NCBI GenBank assembly: GCA_965219445.1
Contig: CBDCNQ010000005.1
Coordinates: forward strand, 736,001-800,000
Direction: 5' to 3'
From: Longimicrobiales bacterium
GTDB taxonomy: Bacteria; Gemmatimonadota; Gemmatimonadetes; Longimicrobiales; Gaopeijiaceae
DNA length: 64,000 nucleotides
Position numbers and translations under genes: made by a program. Positions 20,915-30,788 of this stretch are shown here, piece after piece. The notes below the pieces were generated by a model. That model saw only the letters and a list, made by a program, of their open reading frames with translations, did not search any database and was not told the origin of the DNA. Numbering within the stretch: the first letter of the stretch is position 1; each line of letters starts with the position of its first letter.

Positions 20915-22330
20915 CTAGTCCGGTCCCCTAGATCCTTCGGCTGGAGCCCACGTCCGGTTGTACTTCTTCTGAGCGTAGCTGTCGATGTGGGTGAAGCGCG
21001 CGGGACTTTCATCGAGCGACTTCGCCAGCGTGTTCATCTGCTCCGGGTCCGTGCTTATCCACTGCCCTTGATCCAGGCGACGTTCCAACGTCTCGATTGC
21101 CGCCATGACCTCGGCCGGCGTGTAACCACAGTGAGTCGGTGAAAGGACGTACGCCGTTCGGTAGAGATCATCTCTGCCGTTCGCCCGAACCAAATCGTCG
21201 TAGCCCTGGACCAGACTGGGCGGAACCCGCGAGTCACCGATCTCCTGCATCCTGAGGAGTGGAACCTGCAGATTACCTTTCGCTGTCCGCCCTGGAGTGT
21301 TCCACCACTCCAGCGCGTAGTCGGAGGCCGAGACGCGGGGGAACGCATTGACCCGTTCGAGGTCCGCCTCGAGATCCAGACCGGCCTCCCGATACAGCCG
21401 CCGGACGGCTCCCTTGAAGAATTCGTTGCCGTTCTCGAAGAACTCCCGGTAGTCAACGTCCGTGTTCCAGGACAACTGCTGTCCGAGGGCGGCAAGCTCC
21501 TTCCTGATCCGGCTGTTGCCGCCCGGAGCTGAGGCAATCTCGAAAAGAACGTGGTACATGCTGTGTTGGAGCTCGGCCGCATTCTCGAGATTCGGCTGCG
21601 GCGTCAGCCGATTTGCCCAGGCCGGCCATTGGCCGAGAGTGAAGGCCAAAGCGATCCGCGCTCGGCCTTCTGGAGTCTGCTGCGCCGCATCGATCGCGCG
21701 GCGCCATGCCTGGGGAATCTCGGGCAGGATCTGACCCAAAGCCTCGAACGGGAGATCTGTGACCGGCAGATCAGGGGCGATCAGGGCCTTCAGGGCAAAC
21801 CACCCGTCGAGAAACGTATTCATCTGCCACACGGGAATATGTGCGGCCATGGCGACCGCCCCATCGATTCGGCGGGAAAAGTCCTCCGCAATGTTGAGCG
21901 TGACGGCCCCCCCGCCCGAGCATCCGAACTGGATCACTCGATCCGGTCTGCGGAAGCGCCGGTCGAACAGGTCGAGCACCCGATCGAGATTTGCGATCTC
22001 GACCGCCGGATCCCACCGGAGCGCCCGAAGGGGATGACGGCCGGTTCCAATCATGGCGTAACCCCTCTCGAGCAGGTACGAGTAGTTTCGCCAGCGGTCA
22101 CCGCTTCGGGCCCTCGACGCATAGTCCAGGTCCCTGATCACCGTGCCGGTCCAATTGGGCGGAACCCGCATCAGGTACGACGTGCCGTCCGGAAGCGTCC
22201 CGCCCTCCTCGGCGAAGGTCGCCTGTGCCGCAGCCTTGCCGTTTGTCGCCGCCGTCGCCGGGAGGAAAACGAGTACCGCCACGAGGACGCCCGTTAACAG
22301 CCCCCCACGAGCTTGATTCAATCGGTGCAT
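20915..22330 (-). CDS. Exported alpha/beta hydrolase with tannase-like CS-D-HC signature
   Basis: Signal peptide; GCSGGG nucleophile elbow; EIGD; THCG. Confidence 0.65.
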   Translation of the reverse strand: MHRLNQARGGLLTGVLVAVLVFLPATAATNGKAAAQATFAEEGGTLPDGTSYLMRVPPNWTGTVIRDLDYASRARSGDRWRNYSYLLERGYAMIGTGRHPLRALRWDPAVEIANLDRVLDLFDRRFRRPDRVIQFGCSGGGAVTLNIAEDFSRRIDGAVAMAAHIPVWQMNTFLDGWFALKALIAPDLPVTDLPFEALGQILPEIPQAWRRAIDAAQQTPEGRARIALAFTLGQWPAWANRLTPQPNLENAAELQHSMYHVLFEIASAPGGNSRIRKELAALGQQLSWNTDVDYREFFENGNEFFKGAVRRLYREAGLDLEADLERVNAFPRVSASDYALEWWNTPGRTAKGNLQVPLLRMQEIGDSRVPPSLVQGYDDLVRANGRDDLYRTAYVLSPTHCGYTPAEVMAAIETLERRLDQGQWISTDPEQMNTLAKSLDESPARFTHIDSYAQKKYNRTWAPAEGSRGPD

Positions 22331-22639
22331 GCGACGCCTCCCGTATCGTGGGCGACTGGGGTGACCGTCGAAAGACGATGGTCCATCCCGTTCACTGCGT
22401 TTACAGCCTATCCGAGTGACGACCCACCCGCAATGAGCGTGAATCCCTCCTTCCGATGGGGTCCCCCCCCCCGCTTCCCGTTCCTCGAATTCGGCCTTTG
22501 TCCAGCCACCACCTCCTGTAACGGCACGGCGTCACCCAGGGCCGGGCCGACCGCTTGACACCGACTAGCGGCCGGCCGAATATCGGCAGGGTACGCCATC
22601 CGTTCGCTTCCAATGTCCACCGGTCCAGCCACAGACCCA

Positions 22640-22996
22640 ATGATGAGCCTTGCGTCACTCTCCTGGTACTACCGGGCGGCGGTCTGCGCGCTTTCCCTGA
22701 CGCTGTCGCTCAGCACCCTGCCCGTCGCGGGGTCCAGCCAAGAGGTCGAGGGCTACGTTCGGGTCCCGACGAGCCACGCCAACGTGCACATGGGCCCCTC
22801 GTCAGGCCAGCAGCTCCTGTGGATGGCTCCTGAGGATACAGTCCTGCCCGTCATCGGTCGGCAGGGCGAATGGCTCATGGTCCAACTCTCGCCGGAGCTC
22901 AGAGAGACCGGGATCGTAATGCGATGGTACCGAAACGAGGACCGGGGCTACATGCATGAATCGACCGTGGAGTTCGTCGAAGAGCCGCGCGAATAA
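22640..22996 (+). CDS. Exported SH3-like domain protein
   Basis: Signal peptide; ANVHMGPS, LPVIGRQGEWLMV, GYMH. Confidence 0.65.
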   Translation: MMSLASLSWYYRAAVCALSLTLSLSTLPVAGSSQEVEGYVRVPTSHANVHMGPSSGQQLLWMAPEDTVLPVIGRQGEWLMVQLSPELRETGIVMRWYRNEDRGYMHESTVEFVEEPRE

Positions 22997-23039
22997 GGTG
23001 TCTCACTTATCGAGTCCCCTCCGTAAACGGAGGCCTTTG

Positions 23040-23972
23040 ATGCTCCTACCAGATCCATTCGTCTCGCTCAGGACGGGGCTGCTCCTACTGGTGACCTCAG
23101 GTCTCACGAGTTGCGGAGACATCCCGGGCTCGGATCAGTCGGAATCGATACCTCTGTCGGAGTCCGGAACACGGGAGTCCGGAGTTCCGAGAATGGGCAA
23201 CTACGAGGGGGTCCTAGATTGGCCACGGGGACTGCCGGATAGCTATCCCGGGGAGCACGATGGTTGGACCTGGGGGTCCCGCTTCCGGCGTCTGGGCGGA
23301 GAGCCCGGACAAGGTCTGGGTTGGACAGCGCGCCGAGATCGAGCTACCCCCTGGCGCCGAGCCCTGGATAGAGGGGTGCCCGGGCGCGGCCCGAACAACT
23401 TCAACCGGCCGACCGACATCAGCTGGCTGCCCGACGGAACGTTCTTCGTTGCAGATGGCTACGCGGGAACACGGGTCGCCAAATTCGACGCCGCCGGCAA
23501 CTTCCTGATGGACTGGGGGCAACCGCCAGTCGATCCAGACAACCCGGGTCCCTACGAATTCTGGTCGGTCCACAGTATCGGGATCAGTCGAGACCGCCGG
23601 ATCTTCGTCGCGGATCGCGAGCACAGCCGCATGCAGGTCTTCGACGAAAATGGCAACTTCCTCGAGATGTGGCCTACCGGACATGAATCAGCGGTGCTCG
23701 CCCATATCGTCACTGAGGATGACCACCTATGGGTCGCGGACTGGACAACGAACCGGCTCGTCAAGTACGACCTGGACGGACGGTACATTCTGGACATCGG
23801 GGGGCCCGGACCTCTTCCCGGGCAATTCGACGGTGCACACCAGATGCATGTGGACCAAGAAGGCAACCTGTACGTCTCGGAGATCGGGAACAACCGCACG
23901 CAGAAATTTCGACCCCTACCGGATGCCGATTCGGCGACCCTCGTAGCCCCCCAGGTGGGGGGCTGGCCTTAG
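23040..23972 (+). pseudogene. NHL/PAL-like lipoprotein with a frameshifted segment and apparent internal deletion
   Basis: GWTWGS, then +1 C at ~23280 gives ASGVWAESPDKVWV in another frame; it rejoins at ~23370 directly at GVPGRGPNNFNRPTD, lacking the blades present in the paralogues. Confidence 0.65.
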
Positions 23973-24042
23973 GCCCAGTGCTTTAGCGGGACCTTTCACT
24001 CACCCCTGAGGCCCTCGCAGATACACACCGTGGACTGGAGGA

Positions 24043-25185
24043 TCAGTTTTGCGTCCCGGTGAAGACTATCCTCCGCACGCCACGAGTGGCGCCGGCCACG
24101 TAGATGTTCCTCCGTGAATCTACGGCGATCTGGTGGCCACCACCGATCATTTCAGGCACCTGGATGCTGCCTAAGATCTCCAGTGATACTCGATCGACGA
24201 CAACGATGTCACCGCCCCCGCCCACATACAGATATTGCTGATCCGGATCAGGCGACAGCGTCAGATTGCGCGCGAAGGGTGCGGCGCCGCGAACCAGTTG
24301 CTTGAGGAACCTGCCATCGGTTGTAAACGTCTGCACCCGGCGATTTTCCCGATCGGCGACGTAAACGATCCCGTCGTGACTGACCCTGATCGCGTGCGCG
24401 ATGCTGAACTGATCGGGTCCCGGGCCATCCGGTACGCTGCGCAGGGACGGAGGTGGGCATTGGTAGTCATCCTCGGGTGGATTGCCAAAGGCACCCCACA
24501 TACGTTTGTAAGCCCCTGTGGTGGCATCGAACACGACGACCCTGTGGTTCCCATAGCCGTCTGCCACGAAGACCTCGTTGGTGGCCGCATAGACGGCTGC
24601 ATCGGCGGCCTGACTCAGATTCTCCCGGTCTGCATTGCCACGGCTTTCGCTGGCGCGGCCGATCTGCAGGAGGAACTCGCCTTCAGAGCTGAACTTGAGG
24701 ATCTGATCATCGTCGACGGGTTGCAGGCGCGGTAGTGCCCGGGCCGTGCAGTAATTGCCACCGAGCCAGACGTTGTCCGACTCATCGACATGAATGAAAT
24801 GCTCCCGCTGCGGCCACTGGTAGCCCGGACCGTCCCCACCCCACGCATCGATCACCTGCCCATCGGAGTCAAAGACCACGATCGGGGGGGCAGCGGAACC
24901 GATGTCTTCGTCCGACACGGTTCTGGGCCGATGTAGAAGCCACAGGTTGTCTTCACTATCCACCGCAAAGCTGGAGGCATCCTCCAGCTTCCACCCCGCC
25001 GGCAATTGTGGCCAGTCGAGATCCACCTCGTACTGCGAGCTGAAGTCCATCCCAGCAGCTTGCGCCGCGGTGAGGTCAGTGGGTACGAAGCCCTGCGCCA
25101 AGAGCAAGAGCGACACAAGGCCCACCGCCGGCAGTAGCATCGGTAGCGGAGATGGACGCACCGGAAGAATCGGATTCATCATCAT
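24043..25185 (-). CDS. Exported NHL-repeat protein, PAL-like (Tyr/His type)
   Basis: EHFIH, ADGYGNHR, AHAI, ADRENRR, GHQI; ATGA overlap with the upstream VOC gene. Confidence 0.85.
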   Translation of the reverse strand: MMMNPILPVRPSPLPMLLPAVGLVSLLLLAQGFVPTDLTAAQAAGMDFSSQYEVDLDWPQLPAGWKLEDASSFAVDSEDNLWLLHRPRTVSDEDIGSAAPPIVVFDSDGQVIDAWGGDGPGYQWPQREHFIHVDESDNVWLGGNYCTARALPRLQPVDDDQILKFSSEGEFLLQIGRASESRGNADRENLSQAADAAVYAATNEVFVADGYGNHRVVVFDATTGAYKRMWGAFGNPPEDDYQCPPPSLRSVPDGPGPDQFSIAHAIRVSHDGIVYVADRENRRVQTFTTDGRFLKQLVRGAAPFARNLTLSPDPDQQYLYVGGGGDIVVVDRVSLEILGSIQVPEMIGGGHQIAVDSRRNIYVAGATRGVRRIVFTGTQN

Positions 25186-26243
25186 GACATCTCGCAAACG
25201 TTTCCAAGGACACCACCGCCGCCGCAGTAGCTCACGTCCTGTAGCTGGATCCCAACCCCCTCCGGCCCGTCCACCAGAATCTCCGGCGTTGTACCCTCCC
25301 GCATTCTCACGTGGGCAGTCACTCCATGCTCGGCGAGCCGGGCCATGACCTCATCGGGATCGAACCCCTCCACGCCAAAGCCGACATGGTGCCGGAACGC
25401 CTCGGGGCCGCTGCCCTCGACTAGGGCAAGATGTTGAGGTCCGGATCCAACTCTGAGAACGGGGATCGGGGGTCCCTGGTATCCAGCCGTCCGCGGTCCC
25501 CCTTCGTGTTCCTGGTACGTCACGATCTTCATGTCGGTCAGCCGTTGATACCATGCGAGTGCGCTCTGGAGGTCCGTAACGTAATACTTGACGTGGTTCA
25601 TCGTACGTACCTGGATCGCGGGTGGGTCGCCTCGCCGTCGAACGGCGACGGCCGAAGTGTCGCACACCTCGCCCAAGAAGCCCACTCCGCCGCAAGCGAT
25701 TACAGGATTGAACTGGAGCGGAGCGCCGTCAAAGCCGTCGAAATTGACCCCGTTTATCGTCGTGCCTTCCCGGAGAACCGACCGCGCGAGAGTCGGCATC
25801 TCGGCGAGGGCCTGAAAAATCTGGTGGACGTTGAAATCCTCGATACCCCAACAGAAGTGTGGACGCCGGGTTGTTGAGGGGGTGCTGCCTGGCGCTCTCG
25901 GCGACAAGGCCATGTAGGCGGGGGCGTCGCGGCTCCCGACTCGGAGAACGGTTTGGCCCGATCCGCCGCCTCCGTAGTCTTGAAAAGCGTAACGTGGTAT
26001 GCCCAGGACCCTCTCGAACCACGCGACCGTGCGCTGCAGGTCGGCACAGCCAAAGCTGATATGGTTCAGCGTACTGACCCGGACCGGTAGATACGACTGG
26101 GCCGAGTGCACCTGGAGCGGACCTTGTCCCATCGCAGCCCGAGGTCGCCACATCACCATAGCCAAGAAGGAAAGGAGAAGATCCCTGCGTGTGATCTGAC
26201 CATCCTGATCCATTCTCGGCGCTTCTTCGGTCATCATTTTCAT
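25182..26243 (-). CDS. VOC/glyoxalase-fold protein, duplicated, Tat-like leader
   Basis: GGAGG SD; TRRDLL; LNHISF/HFCW and MNHVKY/HHVGF; each half ends CGGxGxLGxVC. Confidence 0.78.
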   Translation of the reverse strand: MKMMTEEAPRMDQDGQITRRDLLLSFLAMVMWRPRAAMGQGPLQVHSAQSYLPVRVSTLNHISFGCADLQRTVAWFERVLGIPRYAFQDYGGGGSGQTVLRVGSRDAPAYMALSPRAPGSTPSTTRRPHFCWGIEDFNVHQIFQALAEMPTLARSVLREGTTINGVNFDGFDGAPLQFNPVIACGGVGFLGEVCDTSAVAVRRRGDPPAIQVRTMNHVKYYVTDLQSALAWYQRLTDMKIVTYQEHEGGPRTAGYQGPPIPVLRVGSGPQHLALVEGSGPEAFRHHVGFGVEGFDPDEVMARLAEHGVTAHVRMREGTTPEILVDGPEGVGIQLQDVSYCGGGGVLGNVCEMS

Positions 26244-26358
26244 GGATGCCCTCCTTTCCACAATGTGGCTTAGCTCTCCGAGGAGGTTGGGACGAAGCCG
26301 GAGGGAAACATGGGCCGCCGTGAAACGCGGAGCAAGAAAACGAGCGACTATCCCGCCA

Positions 26359-27120
26359 CTAAATCGTCTCCAGTACCCCCACGGGGACCCACCCCACCCT
26401 GCCATCCTCCAACACGACCTCGGCCCACTCCTCGGAGAAGCGATCGATCCGTACCTTGGTCCCTTCGTGCACGGTGAAGACTGTGAGGGTCTCGTCGTCC
26501 AGGGGGGCGCTCATCACGTCGACCTGAAGTTGGAATACGATGGCCTCTTGGGCTCGCCCTATTTCGAACTCCCGAACGCCCAAGTTCAGTCCGAACAAGA
26601 GAAACACGACCCCGGAGGCGAGTGCGATCCGCCGACCCCAGACCGCCAGGAGCGCTCCCTTCTTCAGGATGAGCAAGAGGACGACGCCCGTCCCAACCAG
26701 GTAGGACGCTGCAACCACCGCAATGAGGAATGTCCTCGGCAGAAGGTCGACCCACCACTCCGCCGCACTGAAGAGCCAGAATCGCGGGAGTGGCTCGATC
26801 TCGTCGACGGTCAACGAGCGCGCGAGATCGAGGTTGGCCTGAACGTCTTCATCCCCCGGGAGTAGCCGGCGGGCACGCTCGTAATACAGGATCGATTGGG
26901 CGAGATCACCGAGCTTGAAATACGTGTTGCCGATGTTGTAATAGACCTCGCCGCTCTCGAATCCGGCCTCTACCAGTCGCAGGTAGCTGGCGAGCGCGTC
27001 CTCGAAGTTCCCTTCTTGATACAGGCGGTTCCCCTCCTGGTAGAACTCCACCTGAGTGGCCGTGGGACGAGGAGCCGATAGCACAGCGATCGCCATCACA
27101 GCGAACACCATCGCACGCAT
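26359..27120 (-). CDS. batE: BatE-like TPR/SH3 protein
   Basis: GNRLYQEG, YYNIGNTYFK TPRs; TM helices; HEGTKV...GWVP. Confidence 0.85.
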   Translation of the reverse strand: MRAMVFAVMAIAVLSAPRPTATQVEFYQEGNRLYQEGNFEDALASYLRLVEAGFESGEVYYNIGNTYFKLGDLAQSILYYERARRLLPGDEDVQANLDLARSLTVDEIEPLPRFWLFSAAEWWVDLLPRTFLIAVVAASYLVGTGVVLLLILKKGALLAVWGRRIALASGVVFLLFGLNLGVREFEIGRAQEAIVFQLQVDVMSAPLDDETLTVFTVHEGTKVRIDRFSEEWAEVVLEDGRVGWVPVGVLETI

Positions 27121-28913
27121 CAGGAGAGCGCCTCCTGCACGGAGGTCATCGCCTCTGCGGCCCGGTCGAAGAAGCCCGACTTCTCCTCTGCGCTGGAGCC
27201 TGGAGGGGCGAAGCGCGCACGGTCGCACTCACCCAGGCAAGCCAGGTATCCCCTCGTCGCTGCGTCCGGAACCCCACGCCTAAGGAGCTCCGCCTCGGCG
27301 ACATCGGACATGAATCCGGCCTCGGCGACGTTGAGCTTGTCGGCGAGAAACCCACGCAACGCCCTCTCGACTTCGGCGTAAAACGCACGGGCGTCACCTT
27401 CCGCCATCACCACGCGGGCCTGGCCGAGACGCTTCTTGGCGACCCGCCCGGCTCTCCGTCCCCTCGCATACGCCACATCACCCTCAAGTCGGTCCCAATG
27501 CCTTCGTAGGCCCAAGGCCCCCAGCAGAGCAACCAGAGGCAGCAAAGCCACGATCCAGAACCCTGACGTATCCGTGAGTGAGCCCCCCACGGTTCCAAGG
27601 CTCGGAGGGCCGATCTGGATGAACCGAATGTCCTCGCGCAGCGTCTCCACGCCGGTACGTCCACCCGCAGCCACGATGACGGCATCGCCCGTCACCTCGA
27701 GCCTGAGAGGTTCCGAGGCGGAACTGGCGTACAAGCCGCTCTCAGCGTCGAAGTAGCTCATCTCGACAGGAGGGATGATCTTTTCTCCCGGCGACCTCGG
27801 AATCAGCACGTATTGGTAGGTTCTGCTCCCGCGGACACGGGAACCACTGCGATCAATCGACTCGGTGACCTCGGGCGGGAAGGCCTCGAAGTCTCCGGGG
27901 AGGTCGATGATGGGCGCCGCCAAACTCCGAAGATTTCCCTCTCCCTCGACGATCACCTCGAGCGTCACCGCGTCGTTGGTCTCCACACTCGCTCGATCGA
28001 TCGAGGCGCTGACACCCAGCCGGCCTACCAGCCCGGTGAAGCTCTGAGGCCTCCCCTCCTCTGGTAGGGGCAAGACCTCGATTTCCACAGGGTCTGATAC
28101 GATCACGGCCGGTACTTGTGATCCGAAGAGTGAACCCCCTCCGAAGAAGTCGTCGAAAATGCTCCGGGCCTGCCGCCGAACCCGCACGCTGGCCTCGACG
28201 CTCATTGACTCGATCGTCCTGGTGCCCGGCCCCGCGGGAAAGAGGACGACCCGTCGGATCACGGCGGTCGTATAGGGCTGTCCCGCGCGCACCCTCTGTT
28301 CGACCGGAGGACTCTGTGGGCCGGGGACCTCCTCCACCCAAAAGCCCTCGCTCTCGCCCAGACTAACGAGGCTGTAGGAGGTCACGTTCACGCGCGTGAA
28401 AAGTCTGTAACTCACCTCGATGGGCTCGTTCTGGTACGCTCGAGCCCTGTCGACTTCCGCCACGATGAAGAGATCATCGGGACCGATACCGGACGGGTCT
28501 TCGGGTTCACCCCCACGCCCGGCCGCAGCCCCCGATGTGGACACAGTCAACGTGACCGGCTGCGTCCGGAGCACCTGGCCCCCGATTTCGACCTCCACCG
28601 CCCCGATCTCGAACGTGCCCTCCCGGATCGCCCGGTATCGGTATTGGATGACTATGGAGACGGTCGTTGCTCCGTTGATCATCTGCATGCTCGTGGAGGA
28701 GTTCCGGCCGATGTACCGCGAGAAGCTTCCTAGATCCGGAAGCGAGGGCTCCACGTTCGTCCGATTCGTGCCCCTCAGCTCCACCTCGAGCGTGAACTGG
28801 CCATTCAAGGGGACAACGGATGGGGAGACCGAGGCATGAGCCTCGAGCTGTACGGCGGCGAGCTTCAAAGGTGCGGCCAAACTCGAGGCGATGACCGCGA
28901 GGACGATCGTCAT
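27120..28913 (-). CDS. batD: BatD protein
   Basis: SSTSMQMING, GFWVEE, FTGLVG, GEGNL; operon position. Confidence 0.85.
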   Translation of the reverse strand: MTIVLAVIASSLAAPLKLAAVQLEAHASVSPSVVPLNGQFTLEVELRGTNRTNVEPSLPDLGSFSRYIGRNSSTSMQMINGATTVSIVIQYRYRAIREGTFEIGAVEVEIGGQVLRTQPVTLTVSTSGAAAGRGGEPEDPSGIGPDDLFIVAEVDRARAYQNEPIEVSYRLFTRVNVTSYSLVSLGESEGFWVEEVPGPQSPPVEQRVRAGQPYTTAVIRRVVLFPAGPGTRTIESMSVEASVRVRRQARSIFDDFFGGGSLFGSQVPAVIVSDPVEIEVLPLPEEGRPQSFTGLVGRLGVSASIDRASVETNDAVTLEVIVEGEGNLRSLAAPIIDLPGDFEAFPPEVTESIDRSGSRVRGSRTYQYVLIPRSPGEKIIPPVEMSYFDAESGLYASSASEPLRLEVTGDAVIVAAGGRTGVETLREDIRFIQIGPPSLGTVGGSLTDTSGFWIVALLPLVALLGALGLRRHWDRLEGDVAYARGRRAGRVAKKRLGQARVVMAEGDARAFYAEVERALRGFLADKLNVAEAGFMSDVAEAELLRRGVPDAATRGYLACLGECDRARFAPPGSSAEEKSGFFDRAAEAMTSVQEALS

Positions 28914-28941
28914 CCGACTGTCAAGCCACGCATCGTCCGGC

Positions 28942-29733
28942 CTACCAGGGCTTTATGGGGCGCCGCCCACGTAAGGGTGCTTGGCGACGGTTCACTTCAC
29001 CAGGGTCCTCCTGGACCCCTTGAAGCAGCCGTTGAGCCTCTTCCTCAGTCATCTCATGGGGCGCAGGCTCGGGCTGCTGGTCAGACTCAGGCGGCTCCTC
29101 CTCCGGAGGTTCTTCGGACTGCGGATCTTGATTCGGATTCTCATCGGGATCCTGCTCCTGCTCTTGATCCTCCGGCTCCTGGTTCTGCTCCCCTTCCGGA
29201 TTCTCTTGATCCTGGCTCTGATCCTCGTCCTGCTGGCTCTCATCGTCGTTCTCGGACTCGGGGGCCTGCTCGGGCTGCTCCATCTGCTGCTCGAGCGCCA
29301 ACTCGAGGTTGTGCTTGTAGTCGATCTGTGCGGGGTCGATGCGGAGGGCCTCCTTGAACGCTTCGGCACTTTCCTGAAACCTCTGCTGCCGGTATAGGGC
29401 GTTTCCCAGGTTGTACCAAGCGGGTGCGGCAAGCGCCGCGTCGCCCGACTCGATCGCTCCGAGGTACGCATCCAAAGCCCGAGCGTATTCCTCGGATTCA
29501 TAGAGTGCGCTGCCATCGTTGAAGAGGGCGAGTGGAAAATCGGGCGCGTCTCGCAGGGCCTCCAGGTATTTTTCGTGGGCCTCCCCGAAGCGGCCCTCTT
29601 CGTAGAGGCGGTTTCCCTCGTTGAGCTCGGCACGGCCCCGTTGTGCCGTGATCCCGCTCGGCAGAGCGCCGATGAGTGCCGCCGACACCAAAAGCCCAGT
29701 CAGCCATCTCATCGAGAACCGTCTTTCGTTCAT
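28942..29733 (-). CDS. batC: BatC-like TPR protein
   Basis: TPRs (WYNLGNALYRQQ), Q/E/D-rich linker, MTEEEAQRLL, C-terminal KPW. Confidence 0.85.
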   Translation of the reverse strand: MNERRFSMRWLTGLLVSAALIGALPSGITAQRGRAELNEGNRLYEEGRFGEAHEKYLEALRDAPDFPLALFNDGSALYESEEYARALDAYLGAIESGDAALAAPAWYNLGNALYRQQRFQESAEAFKEALRIDPAQIDYKHNLELALEQQMEQPEQAPESENDDESQQDEDQSQDQENPEGEQNQEPEDQEQEQDPDENPNQDPQSEEPPEEEPPESDQQPEPAPHEMTEEEAQRLLQGVQEDPGEVNRRQAPLRGRRPIKPW

Positions 29734-30761
29734 GAAAACCTCCCGGCCCACGCCTCTTTTTTCCGCCGGCGTTCGGGGATCAAACCCTCCGCGAGCAGTA
29801 GGACCAGCGCAAGACCCAAGAAGACCTGGAACTGTTCATCGAACTGCGTGATCTCACGTGCTTCGAGTTCGCGGCCCTCTGCACCGGTGATCTCCTCGAC
29901 CAAGGGATCCAAGTTCGCACCGGGCCCTAGCGCAGGAAAATATCGACCTCCGGTGGCCTGTGCGACACGCTCCAGCGTCGACTCGTCGAGCCTAGTGGTC
30001 ACCACGGCGCCGCCTTCGTCTCGGACGAACCCGCTTCGCATGCCCGAGGCGTCGAATTCCGGGATCGGGACCCCGTCGAGCGACCCGATTCCTACCGTGT
30101 GAATCTGTACCCCCTCGTCGAGGGCTCGCTCCAGCGCCCCTTCGATCTCACCCTCGTGGTCCTCCCCGTCCGTGACCACGATGAGCACCCGATTGTCTCG
30201 ACTTCCCTCTTCGAATGCATCCAATGCCACCGTGAGCGCCTCGCCCAAGTTGGTTCCCTGGATGGGGATCAGATCGGGGCCCATGGCGTTCAGGAAGAGG
30301 GCAGCCGCACCGTAATCCACAGTGAGTGGGCTCTGAACGAAGGCATTTCCTGCGAAAGCGACGAGGCCGATACGATCTCCGTCCAGGCGTTGAAGGATAC
30401 GCATGATATCCAAGCGTGCTCGCTCCAACCGGTTCGGGGCCACGTCCTCGGCCAGCATCGAGCGAGACACGTCGAGCGCCACCATCACGTCCTGTCCTTC
30501 ACTCCGCACCGTCTCGACGCGAGTCCCGAACTGTGGACGAGCGAGGGCCAGGATGAGGGAGGCGACCGCCACAAGCATGAGTATGCTCTTCGCCGCCCTC
30601 CCCCTTTGGCTGAGCGTCGCGCTCAACTTCCGCACCAACTCCAGATCTCCGAACTGAGCGAGCGCCCGTCTTCGCGCCTGCCGCGTTCCCCAGAAGAACG
30701 CTCCCAGAACCGGGACCAGGAGCAGCCCGAAGAGGATCTCGGTCGAGACGAAACGGAACAC
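29730..30761 (-). CDS. batB: BatB VWA protein
   Basis: LARPQFG, DVSRSM MIDAS, PLTVDY, TDGEDHEG. Confidence 0.88.
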   Translation of the reverse strand: MFRFVSTEILFGLLLVPVLGAFFWGTRQARRRALAQFGDLELVRKLSATLSQRGRAAKSILMLVAVASLILALARPQFGTRVETVRSEGQDVMVALDVSRSMLAEDVAPNRLERARLDIMRILQRLDGDRIGLVAFAGNAFVQSPLTVDYGAAALFLNAMGPDLIPIQGTNLGEALTVALDAFEEGSRDNRVLIVVTDGEDHEGEIEGALERALDEGVQIHTVGIGSLDGVPIPEFDASGMRSGFVRDEGGAVVTTRLDESTLERVAQATGGRYFPALGPGANLDPLVEEITGAEGRELEAREITQFDEQFQVFLGLALVLLLAEGLIPERRRKKEAWAGRFS

Positions 30762-30788
30762 GGCGGTACGAATCTCCCTCCTGAACGG

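Noticed and set aside
22358..22390. GAAA-tetraloop hairpin as a riboswitch or ncRNA
   Set aside because: A single short stem with no recognisable family features.
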